A DNA stretch of 64,000 nucleotides. Origin: Myxococcota bacterium (GTDB taxonomy: Bacteria > Myxococcota_A > Polyangia > Nannocystales > Nannocystaceae). The translations under genes and the position numbers were made by a program. The stretch covers positions 32,001-96,000 of the forward strand of contig JBCCWC010000004.1 of assembly GCA_039194325.1 (NCBI GenBank), written 5' to 3'. This document shows, piece after piece, positions 60,401 to 64,000 of the stretch (position 1 is the stretch's first letter; each line of letters starts with the position of its first letter). The notes beneath the pieces are model-generated. The model was given only the letters and a program-made list of their open reading frames with translations. It was not told where the DNA came from and ran no database searches.

Positions 60401-60419
60401 AGGATGCGCCCAGAAGCAC
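57405..60419 (-). CDS. PEP/pyruvate-binding (PPDK_N) dikinase-family protein with the phospho-His domain before the ATP-grasp domain
   Basis: GNVLSHLHLLARERGIP, then VGRKTVNL, IALPFGMF, FVRSDTGYED...GAGLN, SGVLVT and DVEFGF...LFQVRS. The start is uncertain (about 60197-60419). Confidence 0.75.
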   Translation of the reverse strand: MLLGASLSAKRPSTSPHPVGESENVIGSAVAASADRSGSGRGDVSGARPRPPGPRSPEPPPAKVVEEGQRLVASMKARRRGPYSKRPWWFIDSPDRPPRPAPGRVPGSVQHCDYSDERARLAALGWHVGTIFAALEWPEFWDEEHHHARLRELPLERFLIDTDDGWVLRRAQTLRGRVQIEIEERYGQSLLSRLLSRPRWLATSSNYLLARECVRVVPHHAGGGDRTRTIRRLSSELAEHDPSFFDLRVRIHSSPGRREVDDTRAWIAAGPTGLSREHLPLARALLDELDRLLSPSGRFERLEQCREALAQHGGIPELDPLLLELPALDPIALLERMASVLRCCRTLVCTSEHGPRNVLLLSLSLQAEEIARIAAQEASSDHALSRGLLLAQCEPMVTAGYGAGWLSAGEMQAILGPVHALRSDASARTEDYLSAARGLERAGLWAAGAVRHAFAEPLVRYTALEPKAGRFVDELLRSSILLPLAHVAQRLVCDARRHRGQPHVVAGHEVSGLVGLSPGVATGRLRLLGEHDLHPARVSADEIVVLPRTVADLHPVAGLLSCDEGNVLSHLHLLARERGIPSACVPRTQLRHLEPLEGKAVWLAVSDEGQVVLADPQTLPHGVREGIEVAGSIRRVESGPGLAPVPDLTFTEPLSLAQVDPESGLRVVGRKTVNLAALARICPRSVPEAIALPFGMFVAQVAASDDMFMTRLEQLVREHRSGRLASHHFYDELEQLGRQLGRLGLAPSMQDAIAASLRRAFGEPGSYGVFVRSDTGYEDRPGCTGAGLNTTVPHAVGLEAIAAAIVEVWASPFRRRAAAWRSHAPPRASALVSAVLIMRTVPSDKSGVLVTTDMFTGDPGLTVATSWGVGGGVLGEAAETLRLRADGSDLLVSEAQAAFGREIAADGGTRWSPAAMGPVLTAKERTVLRELAAQLQRELPPSLVGEGALDVEFGFCNEQLMLFQVRSLRPSVGRGARGWIERLQLRSPAGPARIDLRCSPHEDA

Positions 60420-60597
60420 TACACCCTATCACAGGTGAATGCATGATTGAAGAGCAGCGGAAGTTCCACCGCCTCGATTCGATTGATAGCATCAAGGTCA
60501 CCGTGTGTCGGGACTCCACCTTGAATGGGCGTATGCTCGGCGGGTCGTCGCCTCGAGCAGGGCTCAGGGCTCGCGCCAAGCGACCGCCAGGGCCGCG

Positions 60598-61611
60598 ATG
60601 AATGCAATCGCTCGGTATCTCGCGCAGCGCCTTGAGGAGCTCGGGGCACCATTCACCCCCGAACGCCCGATCGGCTCCGACGACCAGGACACCCTGTTTC
60701 GGCACATCACGAGCAAAAAGTTCCGCAAGTGGCGGGTTCGTCCCAAGGCCGCGGGCATGATCCGCACCCTCGTGGAGCAAGCGGTGCGGGAGGAGCGGCC
60801 GCTGCGATTCACCTTCAACTTCGGCGGATACAAGCACTGGTCGCTCCCCACCTTCCCGCGGGCAGCTTGGGAGGAGTTCTTCATGCTCTTGCATTACTTG
60901 TCGTACCTGCGACCGATCGCCGAGTGCCACGCGCCTGGAGTCTCGCTGGAATTCCTATCGTGCGATGTGATCATCGAACGGGCCAACAACGTCGCGCATG
61001 GATTCCAAGAGCAATACCTGAGCTCGTTGCGGGAACTGTTCGCATTCTTCACCGAGCTCTTCCCCGCTCGCTTGTCGCTGAAGCTCGTGCGGATCGTGCC
61101 CGACCTCTATGCTGACGTCGCCGAAATGCACGAGGATTTCGAGGCGGCTCGGCACCGAGTGATGGCAAAGCTGGAGGATCGGGCCGCGTCCAAGCTCGAT
61201 AAGAAGCTCGCAAAGTCCAATTTCAACATCTGCTGGGACGGCAAGGAACCCTGGCACACGCTCGATCCCGAGGCGCGGCAGCGTCGGATCCATGAGAGCC
61301 TGATCCTCGCGGAGTCGATCGGCAAGGTCGCGCGGCGTGAGCGGTTCGACGGACTCGGCCAGACGATCCGGCTGTTTTGCACCCCGTTTCGCTACAATGT
61401 CGCGATCGGCACGACGCGGGCCAGCATCACCAAGTTCTGGACCGGCGTCGGGGTCGTCGAGCAACGCGGTGAACGGTTCATTCCCCGGGTCTTGTCACCC
61501 TCGCAGTACCGCGAAATCGAGGGGGCGTTGACCGAGCGACCCTCTGGCCTCGACGCGCTCGGGCCGGCGTTTGCGAGCGTACCCGTGTTGCCGGGGGCGC
61601 TCGCGTCGTAG
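60598..61611 (+). CDS. hypothetical protein
   Basis: 337-aa ORF with coding-like composition (SKKFRK, FGGYKHW, FWTGVGV). No family recognised with confidence. Confidence 0.6.
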   Translation: MNAIARYLAQRLEELGAPFTPERPIGSDDQDTLFRHITSKKFRKWRVRPKAAGMIRTLVEQAVREERPLRFTFNFGGYKHWSLPTFPRAAWEEFFMLLHYLSYLRPIAECHAPGVSLEFLSCDVIIERANNVAHGFQEQYLSSLRELFAFFTELFPARLSLKLVRIVPDLYADVAEMHEDFEAARHRVMAKLEDRAASKLDKKLAKSNFNICWDGKEPWHTLDPEARQRRIHESLILAESIGKVARRERFDGLGQTIRLFCTPFRYNVAIGTTRASITKFWTGVGVVEQRGERFIPRVLSPSQYREIEGALTERPSGLDALGPAFASVPVLPGALAS

Positions 61612-61666
61612 GCTCGTCGTGCGCCCGCTCCGTGTCGGCGGCTCTATACCGTCGCGGGGCGGAGAT

Positions 61667-64000
61667 GTGATAGATCGTCACTGGGTAGCGGGCATCGTGC
61701 AGGCTGAGTCGACCGAGGGACGCGAGCACGCGACGCCGATCTACACGCGGATCACCGAGCGCTTCGGCGCCGATCTTCGCGGCATATCGATCGGCGTAGT
61801 TGCCCTTGACGGTGCGGACACGTCGCTTGCCCGAGCGTTACTCGAGCGATTGGAGCTCGGCGGTGCGACCGTGCGGGTCTTGGGCTTTCACGCCTCCGAG
61901 GCGAGCATCATCGGCGCCCAGAGTCTCTACGACGCGGTCCATCGAGCCAGCGGGCTCGTGGTGATCGGACGGCCCGGAGCTACCGACTCGTTCGACCTGC
62001 GCCGGGTGGCCCGACTGATGCGGCGCCCGATCTGGTTTCGAGAGCCCGACGATGCATGGGTCGAGGCCGAGCAGATCCGTAGCCTCGGGTTCGAGGTCGG
62101 CTGGACGAGGGGCAGCGGTATCCGGCCCGCCGAGCCCCGCGGGAGGTCGGTCGGCCCCAGCGCCTGGACGGCGATCCGCGGCGTGAAGATCTGGGGAGTC
62201 CCGCCGGGGTTCTCGCTGCCGCCCGTGATCGGCAAGGGCAACGACTACCGTTTCATCGAGGCTCGCTGCACCGGAGTGCTCGCGCCTGCCGAACTCCCGC
62301 GCGTCTCGCTGGTCGTCGGGCTGCGTCGAGCCAGCGGCAGGGACAGGATCGATGACATCGAAGCGCTCGTCTCTACGCTGATCCGTCGGGGCCATCCACC
62401 GAGCCGACTCCAGCTGATCCTGGTGCACGGCGAGAACGATCCGCCGGAGCGCCGTCCCGCGGTTGCAGCCGGGGTCGAGGTTCGGGTCGCCCGAGGGTCG
62501 ACACCTGCGGCGGCCTGGAACGCGGGGCTTGAGGCCGTCACGGCCGAGATCACGATCATGCTCGACACGGACCGGCTCGTCCCCCCTTCGCTCGTTCCAT
62601 CTGTGACACGGTGGCTACTGGCCTCCGACCGGGCGGTCGTGGTCTCCTGCGCCCAGCCGCAGGCGCTCATCGAGCGACGACTCCCCTTCGTCGACGTCGA
62701 CGGACGCTGTATTGCAACGAGCGGGGCCTTCCTGCGAGCCGTTGGGCCCTTCCATGATGCAGCTGGCGATGCAGCTGGCGACGCCAGTGGCGACGCCAGT
62801 GGCGACGCAACTGGCGACAGGCGGAGCCTCGTGCTCGAGTGGGCCTATCGAGCGTATCAGGCGGGCGCCTACTTCATCCCCGTCGAGCCAGACGTGATGA
62901 AGCCCGAGCCCACGCCCGAGCCGCAAGATCGGGCCTTCGTGGACGACTGGTGCCCCTTGCTCCGCCAGGGCCCACCGACGCGGCGCTACGCGGTTCCCAA
63001 GGTCTCGATCTACATCCCTGCGTTCAACGCAGAGCGAACCCTCCGCGAGGCGGTCGATAGCGCGCTGGCGCAGGACTTCGGCGACCTCGAGGTCTGCGTT
63101 GTCGATGACGGATCGACCGATCGCACCCGGCAGGTGCTCGAGCGGCACTACACCGACGATCCTCGCGTGCGCTGGAAGAGTCTGGCCCACGCGGGCATCT
63201 CGGCCGCGTCCAACGCCGCGATCGAGCTGGGCCGGGGCCCGTATATTGGGCAGCTCGACGCAGACGACGTGCTGCGTCCGCACGCGGTGCGCACCCTAGT
63301 CGAGATCCTCGACGCTCACGACCTCGGGCTAGTGTACGCCAGCAACGACATGATCGATGCCGACGGCGGCGATCTGGGACCGGGGTGGGAGTGGCCGATA
63401 TTTTGCCGCACCAAGCTCATGGTCTCCAACATCGTGCATCACTTTCGGATGTACCGGCGGCGCGACTGGATGCGCGTGGGGGGCTTCGACCGGAGCTTCT
63501 CGAACGCCGAAGACTACGATCTTGCGCTGCGGATGAGCGAGCGGTGCGAGATCCGCCACGTGGTGGCGCCTTTATACCTCTACCGACGACACCAGCGTAG
63601 CGACACCGCCGTCAACAGCGAGCGGATGCATCGCAACCACCATCGGGCGATGCGCCGCGCCCTTTGTCGCATGGGCCTGGACAACACCTGGGAGATCCTC
63701 CCCTCTCCCCGCTGGCCGCGGCGAGAGGGCATCATTCACCGAAAGCATGATCGCATGACTCCGTGCACGACAGACACTGCCCTCGACCGCGTCGTCCAGG
63801 AGGCCCAGGCATTGCTAGAGACTCCCCCGGGGCCGGACGAGCCTTCCTTGCGAGAGATCGCCCTCGAGCTCGCCGCCGATCGCTACATGCGGTTTGGGTG
63901 GTGGCAGCACCCAGACTCGTCGTCTCACCTACAAGCGACCGAGCCCGCGCTCCTCGGCCGGCTGGTCGCGGCGCGCGTGGAGGCCGATCGAGCGTGCTGC
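61667..64000 (+). CDS. chondroitin/hyaluronan synthase homolog C (paralog of 55273-57405), runs off the window
   Basis: Absent from the ORF track. Hand translation (codons starting at 61667) is open to the end and gives LMRRPIWF, LPPVIGKGNDYRFIE, EWAYRAYQAGAYFIP, VPKVSIYIPAFN, VDDGSTD, GQLDADD, WPIFCRTKL, HHFRMY and NAEDYD. The GTG start (61667 or 61697) is uncertain. Confidence 0.85.
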   Translation, partial: MIDRHWVAGIVQAESTEGREHATPIYTRITERFGADLRGISIGVVALDGADTSLARALLERLELGGATVRVLGFHASEASIIGAQSLYDAVHRASGLVVIGRPGATDSFDLRRVARLMRRPIWFREPDDAWVEAEQIRSLGFEVGWTRGSGIRPAEPRGRSVGPSAWTAIRGVKIWGVPPGFSLPPVIGKGNDYRFIEARCTGVLAPAELPRVSLVVGLRRASGRDRIDDIEALVSTLIRRGHPPSRLQLILVHGENDPPERRPAVAAGVEVRVARGSTPAAAWNAGLEAVTAEITIMLDTDRLVPPSLVPSVTRWLLASDRAVVVSCAQPQALIERRLPFVDVDGRCIATSGAFLRAVGPFHDAAGDAAGDASGDASGDATGDRRSLVLEWAYRAYQAGAYFIPVEPDVMKPEPTPEPQDRAFVDDWCPLLRQGPPTRRYAVPKVSIYIPAFNAERTLREAVDSALAQDFGDLEVCVVDDGSTDRTRQVLERHYTDDPRVRWKSLAHAGISAASNAAIELGRGPYIGQLDADDVLRPHAVRTLVEILDAHDLGLVYASNDMIDADGGDLGPGWEWPIFCRTKLMVSNIVHHFRMYRRRDWMRVGGFDRSFSNAEDYDLALRMSERCEIRHVVAPLYLYRRHQRSDTAVNSERMHRNHHRAMRRALCRMGLDNTWEILPSPRWPRREGIIHRKHDRMTPCTTDTALDRVVQEAQALLETPPGPDEPSLREIALELAADRYMRFGWWQHPDSSSHLQATEPALLGRLVAARVEADRACC

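Overview
High-GC DNA from a myxobacterium, probably Nannocystaceae-like; this is inferred from a MYXO-CTERM protein, many Ser/Thr-linker Cys-rich lipoproteins, an AgmU-like TPR protein and a VIT/vWA protein. The left 35 kb holds an archaeal-type gatE-gatD pair followed by an AAA ATPase and a frameshifted DUF4276 gene, two tandem copper-monooxygenase-like lipoproteins, and ordinary myxobacterial genes. The 35-42 kb region holds a DUF692 (MNIO) / DUF2063-like RiPP-type operon. Its first gene is a large lipoprotein with CxGxNxCxG motifs fused to a c-type heme motif. The main finding is the 42-64 kb region, an apparent bacterial sulfated-glycosaminoglycan locus. One tight operon encodes a Pasteurella PmHS-type heparosan synthase, a PIG-L N-deacetylase, a heparinase II/III-fold lyase or epimerase, and three NDST/HS3ST-like sulfotransferases. 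It faces a chondroitin/hyaluronan synthase (KfoC/PmHAS type) split into two reciprocally half-dead paralogs, with a glucan-water-dikinase-like enzyme, a third KfoC paralog and two PvdE/SyrD-type exporters nearby. All family assignments come from motif recognition by eye; no database search was run. No rRNA, tRNA, CRISPR array or transposase was seen.
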